Of a stretch of 64,000 bases of DNA, positions 10,579-20,392 are shown one piece after another (position 1 is the first letter of the stretch; the number at the start of each line of letters is the position of its first letter). The DNA comes from Escherichia phage phiWec187: sequence record LC739536.1; one strand, written 5' to 3'. Under the pieces are notes generated by a model. That model searched no databases and was not told the origin of the DNA. It was given only the letters and a program-made list of their open reading frames with translations. A program made the translations under genes and the position numbers.

Positions 10579-13398
10579 ATGTATCCTATTCCTTTATTTA
10601 TGTCAACAACATCAGCTTCAGTAGTAACAGCTACATCTATAACTACTTCCTCTATTGGTATTGCAATAGTTGGTGGTAAAAAACAACTGACATACACAGT
10701 TACACCGGAAGATGGTGCATTATTTGATATAGCTTTTTCATCTTCAGATAATACCAAAATGGTTATAGATAATAGTGGTATGATGGAGTTTGTTGCCGAA
10801 GGTGGTTTTGATGCAATAATGACAGCTAAAAATAATTTAGGTGCTGTCTTAACTGATCAATCTGGTGGTTATGCTTCAGAATTAAGTGTGTACACTGAAA
10901 GTCTATCGGCTATGGATGTAGGCACTACTCAACAGTTGGTTGCTACAATCAGTCCAGAAGGTGCTAAAGACCTTCCAGATATGGTAATTACATACACCAC
11001 AACAGATCCAGAAGTAGCTACTGTAAGCCCTACAGGGTTAATAACTGCTCTTAAAGATGGCGGTTGCCGTATAGGTTGTACTGCAACGTATCAAGGAACA
11101 GTTGTGGCCTCTGATAGGTCTTATTTAGGTGTTAATGCTATTCCTGTTATTTCTAATGTAACAGCCGTGGCAAACAGTTATGGAGACGTTCGTGTTGCTT
11201 GGGATGTAACTGATCCGCTAGACGGTGATACTTATACTGTAGAAGTATTAGATTTAAGTAATAATAGTGTTCAGTGGACTACAACAACCACGAATACTTA
11301 CGCTTACTTTGATATCTCTGACTCTATTCCTCTTTATGGGTTTGCTCCAACATACCTTAAAATTAGCGTTAAGAGCACCAAAGCAGCAGCCGTTATCTTT
11401 AATAACTCAATAGCTACAGATGATTCGTTCATTAAAGAAGTTATTGTCTTTGCTGGACAAGATAACGTAAATGCACACTTTACAGAACTATCTGGTGCAA
11501 ATAAAGCAGCAATGAGTAGCACAACAGCCCGTAATGCATATGCCACGCAACGTGGTTTAGCAAATGCTGAAGTTCTTCCGTTAAATACAGCTTCTGGATC
11601 ATCAGCAGCAGATAAATATGCAGATGATAAAGCCGGAACAGGAACACCAGACAACTACTGGTATGATCTGGATAACACAGCAGATGGGCCATGCTTAACT
11701 AACTTTATCACTAAAGTCACACCTTATGCAAGTAAGGTTAAAGCCATTATTTGGGGACAAGGTGAAAATGATGCTGTATCAGCATCTTCGACTGTTGCAG
11801 GTAGGTACAGTAACACTACACGTTACCATGATGCTACGATAGCCATCTTTGATAAGATGCGTACAATAGTTCCTGCTTCTCAAGCAAAAATTGTTTGGCA
11901 GATCCTAGGACGTTCTTATTTATATGGTGTAGAAGTTAATGGTGTGGATTGGCAGAAGTACAGAAATGTACAAAGAACCATCTCTACAGCACGTGATGAT
12001 GTTATCATTGGTTCTTGGGTAGATGGTGCTGAACGTTACAGTGGTTATGTTTATGAAGAAGGTATTGATGGTCGTATCCATTATATTTCTTCTGTATACC
12101 AAACAGCAGCTACAAAACTTGCTAAATCAGCAGCAGACGGTACAGACTTAACATCAACGTCACCTGTTTGGGTTGATATGGCTGTTCCAACTGGAGCAAC
12201 AGCTACTTCCCAATCTAATCAAGATACAATTTTAGCATGGGATGCTCAAGGCTATAGTAAACACTACTTCCGTAATATTAACGTCTTAACCGCATCTGTA
12301 TTAACTGAACAAACGCTTAATACGAACAGTTATACGTTTACCTATGCAGATCAAGTAGCACAATATGGCTTTGCAGCAGGAACTACTATATTTGATGTTG
12401 CATATTATGACGAAGCAAATGATGTGTTATCTCCTTTAGTACGTTTTAATGTTAACGTTACAGCAGGAACCGTAGAAGATAAACCTGTAGTGATGGATTA
12501 TGATTTAACACAAGAAACTCTTCCATCAGATGTTAAGGTTAATGGTGGGAACTCTTTTGCTCGTACTTCTGGAGATACACTTGTAGCCACTAACACCTTG
12601 GTTGCTCCGTTGGAGTATATTGGTACTACCCCTGTAGGTAGACGTGTAACAGCTAACACAGCTACACAAATTTTTGTCAACAACGCCTTAACAAGTGCAA
12701 GCCCGTGGGTAAAGACCAACTTAACTGTTGCAGCTTCATCTGATAACTCTCCGGTTGGAACTACTGCTAATGTATTCAAATTAACTCCGACTACAACCTC
12801 TGGTAGTCATATCTTAACTGCAACATATACTAACGCGTACAACATATCTGCCGGACGTAACTGGTCTGCCTCTGTTTTCTTGAAAGCGAACGGGATTACT
12901 AAGGCCAAACTAAGATTAAAAGCAGGAACTGAAGTTAATGAGGGTACTTTTGATTTAGCAGCAGGTACATTCACAGGAAGTGAAGCTAATATTATATCTA
13001 TGGGCAACGGTTGGTATCGTGCTATTCTGCATAAAACAGGGATAGCCAAACAGTCCTCCATAAGTTTTGAAATAATTGCCTTGGATGCAACTGGTGCGGA
13101 GATTTTCGCTGGAGATGGTACTAGTAACCTTGCAGTTTGGTTGCCACAGCTTGAAGGTGCTTCTACAGGAGAAACATCAAAAGCTGGATCGCCTTATGTC
13201 TGCACATATCCTGGAAATTTAGGAGGAGTATCCTTCACTATACCAAGGAACGGACATACTGGTGTGGATGTTTACTATTCCAACGGAGACGTTGTTCGTG
13301 ACGTATTCTCTGGTACGGCATCTACTTGGACAATAAACTACTCCAGCTTGTACGATTGGGGATCAGTCTTTATTACAGGTTTGAAATATTACGACTAA
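10579..13398 (+). CDS. large tail fibre/receptor-binding protein with Ig-like (Big_2-type) domain and putative esterase-like domain
   Basis: 939 aa; Big_2-like segment (TQQLVATISPEGAKDLPDMVITYTTTDPEVATVSPTGLITALKDGGCRIGCTATY); IIWGQGENDA resembles SGNH/sialate-O-acetylesterase-type motifs (weak); terminator follows. Confidence 0.55.
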   Translation: MYPIPLFMSTTSASVVTATSITTSSIGIAIVGGKKQLTYTVTPEDGALFDIAFSSSDNTKMVIDNSGMMEFVAEGGFDAIMTAKNNLGAVLTDQSGGYASELSVYTESLSAMDVGTTQQLVATISPEGAKDLPDMVITYTTTDPEVATVSPTGLITALKDGGCRIGCTATYQGTVVASDRSYLGVNAIPVISNVTAVANSYGDVRVAWDVTDPLDGDTYTVEVLDLSNNSVQWTTTTTNTYAYFDISDSIPLYGFAPTYLKISVKSTKAAAVIFNNSIATDDSFIKEVIVFAGQDNVNAHFTELSGANKAAMSSTTARNAYATQRGLANAEVLPLNTASGSSAADKYADDKAGTGTPDNYWYDLDNTADGPCLTNFITKVTPYASKVKAIIWGQGENDAVSASSTVAGRYSNTTRYHDATIAIFDKMRTIVPASQAKIVWQILGRSYLYGVEVNGVDWQKYRNVQRTISTARDDVIIGSWVDGAERYSGYVYEEGIDGRIHYISSVYQTAATKLAKSAADGTDLTSTSPVWVDMAVPTGATATSQSNQDTILAWDAQGYSKHYFRNINVLTASVLTEQTLNTNSYTFTYADQVAQYGFAAGTTIFDVAYYDEANDVLSPLVRFNVNVTAGTVEDKPVVMDYDLTQETLPSDVKVNGGNSFARTSGDTLVATNTLVAPLEYIGTTPVGRRVTANTATQIFVNNALTSASPWVKTNLTVAASSDNSPVGTTANVFKLTPTTTSGSHILTATYTNAYNISAGRNWSASVFLKANGITKAKLRLKAGTEVNEGTFDLAAGTFTGSEANIISMGNGWYRAILHKTGIAKQSSISFEIIALDATGAEIFAGDGTSNLAVWLPQLEGASTGETSKAGSPYVCTYPGNLGGVSFTIPRNGHTGVDVYYSNGDVVRDVFSGTASTWTINYSSLYDWGSVFITGLKYYD

Positions 13399-13403
13399 TA
13401 AAA

Positions 13404-13430
13404 AAGGAGCCATTAGGCTCCTTTTCTTTT
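13404..13430. terminator. bidirectional terminator between convergent genes
   Basis: aaggagcc-atta-ggctcctt followed by ttctttt; lies between a plus-strand gene end (13398) and a minus-strand gene end (13434). Confidence 0.6.
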
Positions 13431-13433
13431 ATC

Positions 13434-13865
13434 TTAATCAGTGAAAATTACGCTCACATCTTCTTTAGAGAAGAGTTTATGATCTTCACCTTTTGTCTCA
13501 AGAGTTTCATACAGGTTAAGAAGTTCTGAAACATCTTTCTCTACCAGTTTCTTCAATGTTGCAATTTTCTGTTTGCGATTCTTAATACGTTCAGCTACAA
13601 CCTTACGTTGGTATCCGGCAGTACGATAACCTGAGAAAGTTACACCAGTAAGACTTGCAGTTACAGGATCGTAGTGACGTTCAATCTGAAATTTATTAAA
13701 AGGTACAGCGTCATCACGAATAATCTTACCGCCATTACTTACTTGACGAAGACCAGTAACTTGCTCAAGTCGTGCCATAGAAATCTTTGGAGACAGACCA
13801 GAATCCAGGTTCATACCGTTGTTAATCAGTGCTTTCAGGGTGATTTTGCTGTTCAGTGTACTCAT
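13434..13865 (-). CDS. hypothetical protein
   Basis: 143-aa ORF co-oriented with and just downstream of the methyltransferase; listed start overlaps the MTase 3' end, true start may be the internal Met at 13814. Confidence 0.4.
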   Translation of the reverse strand: MSTLNSKITLKALINNGMNLDSGLSPKISMARLEQVTGLRQVSNGGKIIRDDAVPFNKFQIERHYDPVTASLTGVTFSGYRTAGYQRKVVAERIKNRKQKIATLKKLVEKDVSELLNLYETLETKGEDHKLFSKEDVSVIFTD

Positions 13866-14553
13866 TTAGTCGTTCCTCCGCTTGCTTAAAAATATTTACA
13901 TCGGCTTCACAGCCTAAGTATTCTCTACCTGTTAAAAGTGCCGCAACTTGTGTTGTTGCACTTCCAGAGAAGAAGTCTAAGACTACATCTCCTTCGTTGG
14001 TGTGTATATTAATAAGGTCACAAAACAAAGTCAAGTGTTTTTGTGTTGGATGAAAACGATCTGCTCCTTGATAGATAGGATACTCGAACACACCCTTATG
14101 GTAGGAAGCATTGAAGGTTGGCTTCGAACCTTTAACACAAACAATAGCCATCTCTTTAGCGTTACTAAGGTAGTTAACACCACTGTTGATGGGTACAGGG
14201 TTTGTTTTAATCCATTCAATAGTACGGAACATACGAAAACCAAGCGGTTCAAGGATTTCACGTAGCTCCTGGATCTTCCAGATATCATACCAAACTATAC
14301 AAGTACCACCTTTTCTAAGCACCCTGTAGGCTTCTTTGAATACTTCTTTAAAGTAAGGAATATCTACAACATCCCAATCACCAAAGTTGTAAGATACACG
14401 GAATCTATCCGTATCTTTTCCAGTCGGCTCTCCAGATTGAAAATTTGTGTCACGAGAAATAGCATATGGTGGGTCAGTAAGAATCAAATCTACACTATTG
14501 CTTTCGAGGGTTTGCAGGTAGTTTAACGCGGTGTTGTTTACAAATTCGCTCAT
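13822..14553 (-). CDS. DNA methyltransferase (N6-adenine or N4-cytosine, beta class)
   Basis: DPPY motif (LILTDPPYAI) preceding an AdoMet-binding-like FFSGSATT segment, the order typical of beta-class amino-MTases. Confidence 0.8.
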   Translation of the reverse strand: MSEFVNNTALNYLQTLESNSVDLILTDPPYAISRDTNFQSGEPTGKDTDRFRVSYNFGDWDVVDIPYFKEVFKEAYRVLRKGGTCIVWYDIWKIQELREILEPLGFRMFRTIEWIKTNPVPINSGVNYLSNAKEMAIVCVKGSKPTFNASYHKGVFEYPIYQGADRFHPTQKHLTLFCDLINIHTNEGDVVLDFFSGSATTQVAALLTGREYLGCEADVNIFKQAEERLNEYTEQQNHPESTD

Positions 14554-14571
14554 TATATCTCCTTCAAAGAA

Positions 14572-14591
14572 AAGGAGCCGTTAGGCTCCTT
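14572..14591 (-). terminator. hairpin/terminator upstream of the MTase gene, near-identical to the one at 13404
   Basis: aaggagcc-gtta-ggctcctt; same stem as 13404-13423. Confidence 0.5.
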
Positions 14592-14613
14592 ATATTTACA
14601 CAATATTTAACTA

Positions 14614-15561
14614 TTAGAAACAGTGCAGGAAGTTTCGACCATACTGCAAACCAATAGGAGCAAATGGGATATCATCATCGAAATCTTGAACAACAGGTTC
14701 TGGCTCTTTCGGTGCTGGCTCTTTCTTCTCTACTTTTTTAGTTTCTTTCTTAACTTCTTGTACCGGGGTAGACATTCCACGGATAGCAGCAGCTACTTTA
14801 TCAGACAAAGCAAGAACTTCACGAGCAGCTTCAATAATCTCTTCTGCCGTTACAGTCTTACCTGTATGATCACGACAAGCGTTAAGAATTGCGTGTCCAA
14901 CTGAAGCACCAAGATCATAGTCAGTCACATCAACGCCACGATCTTTAGCAATTTCTGCTTTCAGAGTAACAGTTGCAGATTGTACCACACCAGCCAAGTC
15001 GAAAGCATCACCTTTCACACCAGCACGTAGAAGCTCCAGAGCGCCGTTCACAGCGTGTCCTGTTTCAATCCCCACGGTATCACGTTTTTTGTAGTTAGGC
15101 TTGTTACCGTCATTATTAGATGGCTTATTTCCACCTTTTGAAGAGGATTGCGCTTGCTGAACACCTTCTGTTGAAAGAATAGTGATTTTACCTTTAGAGG
15201 AATTGTAGTATGTTTTGCCATTCCATTCAGAAGGTTTAACATCCATAGTTAGTTCTACACCTTTTTCGATAGTAACCCACTTGTCACCATCTTTAACTTG
15301 CAGGTTTTCATGTTCTGGATGCAGTTTAACTTCACCTAGGCTAACCCAAACACCTTTATCATCAGCACTAGCACCTTTCTCTTTAATAAGCAGAGATGCT
15401 TTGTGAGTTGATTCAATTTTCTTATCTGGCTGACCTGCAACCTTAATATAAGAGACTTTCATTTCATCAAACTTATCCAGTTTGACATATTCAACGATAC
15501 CTTCAGCCCAGAATGCTTCTTTTTTAGTACGACGGTCGATTTCAGAATTAATTACTGGCAT
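14614..15561 (-). CDS. SSB-like protein carrying an E. coli SSB-type acidic tip motif
   Basis: 315 aa; DFDDDIPF (identical to the bacterial SSB C-terminal tip) lies 15 residues before the stop; Gly/Asn/Lys-rich linker upstream; OB-fold not verifiable by eye. Confidence 0.45.
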   Translation of the reverse strand: MPVINSEIDRRTKKEAFWAEGIVEYVKLDKFDEMKVSYIKVAGQPDKKIESTHKASLLIKEKGASADDKGVWVSLGEVKLHPEHENLQVKDGDKWVTIEKGVELTMDVKPSEWNGKTYYNSSKGKITILSTEGVQQAQSSSKGGNKPSNNDGNKPNYKKRDTVGIETGHAVNGALELLRAGVKGDAFDLAGVVQSATVTLKAEIAKDRGVDVTDYDLGASVGHAILNACRDHTGKTVTAEEIIEAAREVLALSDKVAAAIRGMSTPVQEVKKETKKVEKKEPAPKEPEPVVQDFDDDIPFAPIGLQYGRNFLHCF

Positions 15562-15577
15562 AAATTCTCCTCTATAA

Positions 15578-15976
15578 TTACATTACTTTAACACAAAACT
15601 CTCGTAAAAGAGTAGCGTCAGTTTCTTCCAACAGGTATTTACCAAGACCAATACCAAATCCTATTTCACCACTTTCGAAATGGAGGATTTGTATCTTTTC
15701 TCCACCAAGGTTAATTACTTTTGCTTTTCCAGGATTATCCAAAACATCTCGTATTGTATCCTGTAGTAGCATTAGTTCACGTTTTGTGATAGTGGTTTCA
15801 GATATCTCTTTGTTTTCTACTCTCACTGTTAAACGGTTGTATCCACCAAAGAGACATAGTATTTGAATAAAAAAGGTATTATCTTGAGGTTCAACATCTT
15901 TTTTAGTTAACTCAAGACGATTAGTTTCTCTACTATAGAACGTCTCGACTAAGATTTTAGAACGATTATCTGTCAT
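15578..15976 (-). CDS. hypothetical protein
   Basis: 132-aa ORF in the replication block. Confidence 0.4.
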   Translation of the reverse strand: MTDNRSKILVETFYSRETNRLELTKKDVEPQDNTFFIQILCLFGGYNRLTVRVENKEISETTITKRELMLLQDTIRDVLDNPGKAKVINLGGEKIQILHFESGEIGFGIGLGKYLLEETDATLLREFCVKVM

Positions 15977-16019
15977 TCAAGTCCTCATAATAACACATAA
16001 TTATAATGTTTGTCAACAC

Positions 16020-16613
16020 TTAAATTTTAAATTCTTCACTGTTAAATGAATCCAGTGTACGTACTTCTGGTTCTTTGGGAATGAAAACGTCTTTTACAAA
16101 GCGGAACATAGGGAAACGTTCTGCCATTTTACGGACGTGTGCTTCTTTACCTGTGTATCGGTGATTAATAGTACAAATATTAGTTTTCAGTGCAAATTCA
16201 AAATCTGGATGATATACATAATTTTGACCATCCCAGTAACACAAGCAAATAGCTACATCAAAGTTCCATACGATTTCACTGCGTACACCTTCTTCCATAA
16301 TCATAAAGTTAAACTTAAGATCTTTATAGTATGCTTCAAATACCCATTTCAAATGCGGTAGTTCGGCATAAGTGTGTTCTGTTTGCTTAGTAAGTTGTTT
16401 AACATTACGTGCACCAACACCCAACATCAAAAATTTCTCTACTAATACGATTGTATTGTGGTTAGGCATACGCAAGTAAATATCAATATCTTGCGCAGGT
16501 TTCTCTAATCGCCAATCACGTACAGCGCCGCCAGCTACAATTGCAAACGGATCTACCAGTTGGCACATACGTAATACTTCTAAAGCTCGTACTTTTTGAT
16601 CTTCAATATTCAT
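16020..16613 (-). CDS. minimal nucleotidyltransferase (CCA-adding/poly(A) polymerase head-domain-like)
   Basis: AGGAVRDWRL followed by DIDIY, matching the GGxVRD...DxD signature of the Pol-beta-type tRNA nucleotidyltransferase head domain; only 197 aa. Confidence 0.5.
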   Translation of the reverse strand: MNIEDQKVRALEVLRMCQLVDPFAIVAGGAVRDWRLEKPAQDIDIYLRMPNHNTIVLVEKFLMLGVGARNVKQLTKQTEHTYAELPHLKWVFEAYYKDLKFNFMIMEEGVRSEIVWNFDVAICLCYWDGQNYVYHPDFEFALKTNICTINHRYTGKEAHVRKMAERFPMFRFVKDVFIPKEPEVRTLDSFNSEEFKI

Positions 16614-16750
16614 ATTTTCTCCTATCTCTTATGGTCTTTGCGTTATTCTAGATGTTCAAACATCTAATTATGAAATGGTTTAAAAGTGCGGAACAACCTT
16701 GGCAATTACAGATTGTTCCACATAAAAACTCCTTTAAAATCAAAGATTTG

Positions 16751-19700
16751 TCAATGACAACTAGCCCATGAGTTACCAACATCGTAACCAGCAGTGAGAG
16801 GTACATTAAGATTGTAATACTCACCAGCTTTATTAACAGCGATAGATGCTAATTCTCCAGCACGACTGTAGGCTGTAAACCAACCACCTTTCGGAGATTC
16901 ATGTACGTTAGCCCAAATCTTGCCAGTACGTTTCTCTTCCTCTTCTTTCCAGGTATTAACTTTATCCAAACATTCTTTATCAATTTTCTTTTGTTCTTCT
17001 GGATCATCAACTTGAGTCCAACCTAAAGATTCTTTAGAGAACCATTTAAAATGCACCAGATCACGAGTTACTTCAAGCTGTGCTTCATCGTGATATGCAA
17101 TCATTTGTTGAACGAATGACTTATTTTTCCAGTCATCAACAAAAAAGTCAACAGCTAATCCTTCTTCTTCGATAAGATCGTCGTAGATAACCATTGCTCT
17201 TTTTGCACAAATAACACCACCACTCTGGAACAGAGAGTTAAGTATTGCGTGTGCAGATCGTGTAGGTACTTTTCTACCATCAATACCGAGAATGTATTTC
17301 TTACCTGTTTTAACCCAAAAATCATGCAGACGTTCTTTAAGAAGCGCAAGAGGTTTTGCAGCTTCCCAGAAAGCATCGTATACAAGCTGTCCTGTATACA
17401 TATCACTACCTATAGTTTTTGCTACTTTTGCAGCTTGAGCGCCGTACGTGCAGTTACCTGTCAACGTGATAAAACCATTCTGACGCATAACAAAAGATTC
17501 ATTCTTGGTTGAGATACAGAATACATCTGTTACTCGTGAAAAAGCTCTTGTCAACCTCTGTCCTGAAATAGTTTGTCCGTTATTGATTGCCAACGTTAAC
17601 ATGCCATCTTTTTGAACAGAACCATACGCAATATTACCTGTCATATTGATAGCCAAAGAAACAGCGTCGCTAATCTTACCTTTCTTTTGACGGATAACAA
17701 GACTGCCGTTTGGACGCTTATGACCATCTGCCATCCAGAATGCCTCTAAGAATGCTTCCAACACAGCTTGACCTTGATTAGCAATTAATGTAGACCAGTC
17801 CACTTCGTGCTTATTTTGACCCACTTCAACGCCACATTTAGTCAAAAATTCCCTAAACTGACTCTTATTAGGACGTAATGAATGCATCGTTCCAGATACA
17901 TACTCGTCAAATGTGAAGATATCTCCCACAGCCTCACGTGCTTCTTCTAAGAATTTTTTCTCATCTTGATCTACCGTGACTGTAATACCCATTACTTTAT
18001 TTCTGGCTTTGCCAGACCACTTATAGTAGCCATCCGAAAGAAGCCAGCCTAAGAAACGACCTTCTTCCACTGTTAGAGTAGACACCACACCAGATCGCCC
18101 TGCTGCAATTATGTTTGACTCCGAGTTTAAATCCTCTGTAGATCTACGCTCCACTTGCATATACTTAACATTGTTACCATCTGATCGCATAGTTTTTCTC
18201 TGTGCGTTAATCCACATATGATCGTTAGTAACTTCTACTTTGAACCACTTGTTACCGAGAGAGACAACTTCTGCATCGTTATAGTCCCACAGCTTAAGAA
18301 TAGGGGTATATTCGTAAAGAGCGGTGTGAGTATTATAAGATAAAACTTCATCCCCTACAAAAAGATCTTTACGTTTCTTCCAACCCGTTCTTGTTAACAC
18401 TTCCGTATTATCTACAGGTACACAACCGTATTTAACGCTCTTAGCAGGACCACGTTCAAACTTACGTCCAATAATATCAGTAATATGTTTTGCCATCATA
18501 GTATGCACATCGTTTGGTTTTTCTAACAGAAGTGCATTACAGTAAGCATGATCAGGATTATCATATCTCCACGTATAATGCGACTCAATCTTCGCCTCTA
18601 ATGAATCAAAGTCATAACCAATCTGGAAGTATTTAGGAACCTCTACACCAAATAAGTTACGCATTTCATATCCGTACAGAGATGTTACACGTGGGATATT
18701 TGCTACTAACCTATGTTTCATACGAGATGTAGCTGCATCACACGTTGCAGCAGGAGTTGGTATACGACCATCAGCCCTTACTGCTGCCAGATAACCTTTA
18801 TCGTAATCCTCTTCTTCTTCCCAATCAGCACCACCCCCTAGAATAGAGTTCCTACGGTGTTTATACGTAAGATACTGCACAACCTGCGTAGCATAAGGAA
18901 ACTTTTCACCTAGTGCTTCCAAGTTAGGACAAATATCTTTCTCTTGCCCTTTTGTAAAGGAAGGGTTAGTAAGCACTTTAACACCACGACCTTTAGCTTT
19001 AGCAATACGATCTCTTAGTTTCCATTCCAAAGTTTCTGGTGTGCACTCCAGATGATCACATCTGTCCTGGCAGAAATTAGATGCTAATGTTTGATCAACA
19101 TAGTCACGAATGGCTTTCTCCATTTGTGCTTCATCTTTCTTAATCTTAGTGCCAGATTTAAGAGTGATATCTTTATCTTTATATTCAGATGGACTCCAAC
19201 CTAAACCAACTAACCAATTTTTAATATGTGTTGTGTCGTCTAAAGTAGCAGGTACTGTAGGATCACAAATAGGTTCTTCTGCTGGAATAGGTAGTTTAAA
19301 CTCTTTACCTAATGCAAATAACCACCAACCATCTTCTTTTTGTACAAGTTCACCAGAATGTTTCTCTGCAAACTTTATCATGTTACTTGAAGGTTCACCA
19401 TTCTTTTTAAACTGTAGTTTAGGTGGAATGAATGATTTCAAATAACCTTTAGTAGCAGGTTTAGGAGGTAGCACAGGTTCTGCCTCTAAACGACATGCTT
19501 CCATTCGAGCATCCAGATCACGAATATTATCTTCTGCTTGTTTCATGTTGAAAGCAAAGCCACGGTGCTCTTGACGTGTAATAATATCAGCTACACGTTG
19601 TTCTAAGTTAAATGGTTCAGACCACTTATTATAATCACCCCACTCTTCCATCAAATAACGGAACACTGCGGTGTTAGCTTTGTTATCGTAAATACAGTAA

Positions 19701-20299
19701 TACAGCATATCTGCTGCAAATGTTCTAAATCTTTCAGTTTCAGGGATGTTTTTTCTGAAATCAATTTTAACATCCCCTCCAGCTTTCTTAGATAACTCTG
19801 CCAGACTATGACCACCGAAGCGATCAGGGTTTAGTGTCTTACTTAAGATCATAGTATCACAAATTTCAATGTTACTATTACCCCAAGTATTGTACTTAAT
19901 ACTGTAGTTGAGTTTAAAAAATAATTTAATTGCCAGTAAGTCGAAGTTAATGATGTTGTGTCCAACTACTTTGGTAATTTTATAGTTTGAATTACCTTTA
20001 AATTTACCTGTTCCGTTTACAAAATCAGGAAAATCTTTAAGAGGGAAATGGGTATATTCTAAATGCTCATATTCCTCCAGTCGGTATTCATACTTTCCGT
20101 CAGTCTCAACATACGGACGACCATCGAAAAGATATTTATCACCATCATGGAAAGCAATAATCTCTCCAGTATCATGACTTTCGCACACAATACAGTGCAT
20201 TGCAAAACTATCTTTTAAACGATATGGACTTGCCAAGTAATCTACACTTTCGTCATTAAGCAAGTTGTTACTTTCAATGTCGAAAGTAAAAGCTCCCAT
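16751..20299 (-). CDS. family A DNA polymerase with N-terminal 3'-5' exonuclease, interrupted by an intein
   Basis: Motif B region RGPAKSVKYG...CTYGAQAAK split by a 324-aa insert; motif C AYHDEAQLE; N-terminal exonuclease-like FDIESN. Confidence 0.85.
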   Translation of the reverse strand: MGAFTFDIESNNLLNDESVDYLASPYRLKDSFAMHCIVCESHDTGEIIAFHDGDKYLFDGRPYVETDGKYEYRLEEYEHLEYTHFPLKDFPDFVNGTGKFKGNSNYKITKVVGHNIINFDLLAIKLFFKLNYSIKYNTWGNSNIEICDTMILSKTLNPDRFGGHSLAELSKKAGGDVKIDFRKNIPETERFRTFAADMLYYCIYDNKANTAVFRYLMEEWGDYNKWSEPFNLEQRVADIITRQEHRGFAFNMKQAEDNIRDLDARMEACRLEAEPVLPPKPATKGYLKSFIPPKLQFKKNGEPSSNMIKFAEKHSGELVQKEDGWWLFALGKEFKLPIPAEEPICDPTVPATLDDTTHIKNWLVGLGWSPSEYKDKDITLKSGTKIKKDEAQMEKAIRDYVDQTLASNFCQDRCDHLECTPETLEWKLRDRIAKAKGRGVKVLTNPSFTKGQEKDICPNLEALGEKFPYATQVVQYLTYKHRRNSILGGGADWEEEEDYDKGYLAAVRADGRIPTPAATCDAATSRMKHRLVANIPRVTSLYGYEMRNLFGVEVPKYFQIGYDFDSLEAKIESHYTWRYDNPDHAYCNALLLEKPNDVHTMMAKHITDIIGRKFERGPAKSVKYGCVPVDNTEVLTRTGWKKRKDLFVGDEVLSYNTHTALYEYTPILKLWDYNDAEVVSLGNKWFKVEVTNDHMWINAQRKTMRSDGNNVKYMQVERRSTEDLNSESNIIAAGRSGVVSTLTVEEGRFLGWLLSDGYYKWSGKARNKVMGITVTVDQDEKKFLEEAREAVGDIFTFDEYVSGTMHSLRPNKSQFREFLTKCGVEVGQNKHEVDWSTLIANQGQAVLEAFLEAFWMADGHKRPNGSLVIRQKKGKISDAVSLAINMTGNIAYGSVQKDGMLTLAINNGQTISGQRLTRAFSRVTDVFCISTKNESFVMRQNGFITLTGNCTYGAQAAKVAKTIGSDMYTGQLVYDAFWEAAKPLALLKERLHDFWVKTGKKYILGIDGRKVPTRSAHAILNSLFQSGGVICAKRAMVIYDDLIEEEGLAVDFFVDDWKNKSFVQQMIAYHDEAQLEVTRDLVHFKWFSKESLGWTQVDDPEEQKKIDKECLDKVNTWKEEEEKRTGKIWANVHESPKGGWFTAYSRAGELASIAVNKAGEYYNLNVPLTAGYDVGNSWASCH
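17453..18424 (-). mobile_element. intein with LAGLIDADG-type homing endonuclease inside DNA polymerase motif B
   Basis: Begins CVPVDNTEVL (intein block A), ends ...LTGN with +1 Cys; internal GWLLSDGYY and LEAFWMADGH resemble the two LAGLIDADG helices; removal restores K-x3-YG-x2-YG. Confidence 0.75.
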
Positions 20300-20392
20300 T
20301 CTCCCTCCTTAAAATATTTCTAAAGTCTTAATTTGTTAATACTGTACCATAAATTAATTGTTTTGTAAAGGGGCTTTCGCCCCTTCTTGTTA

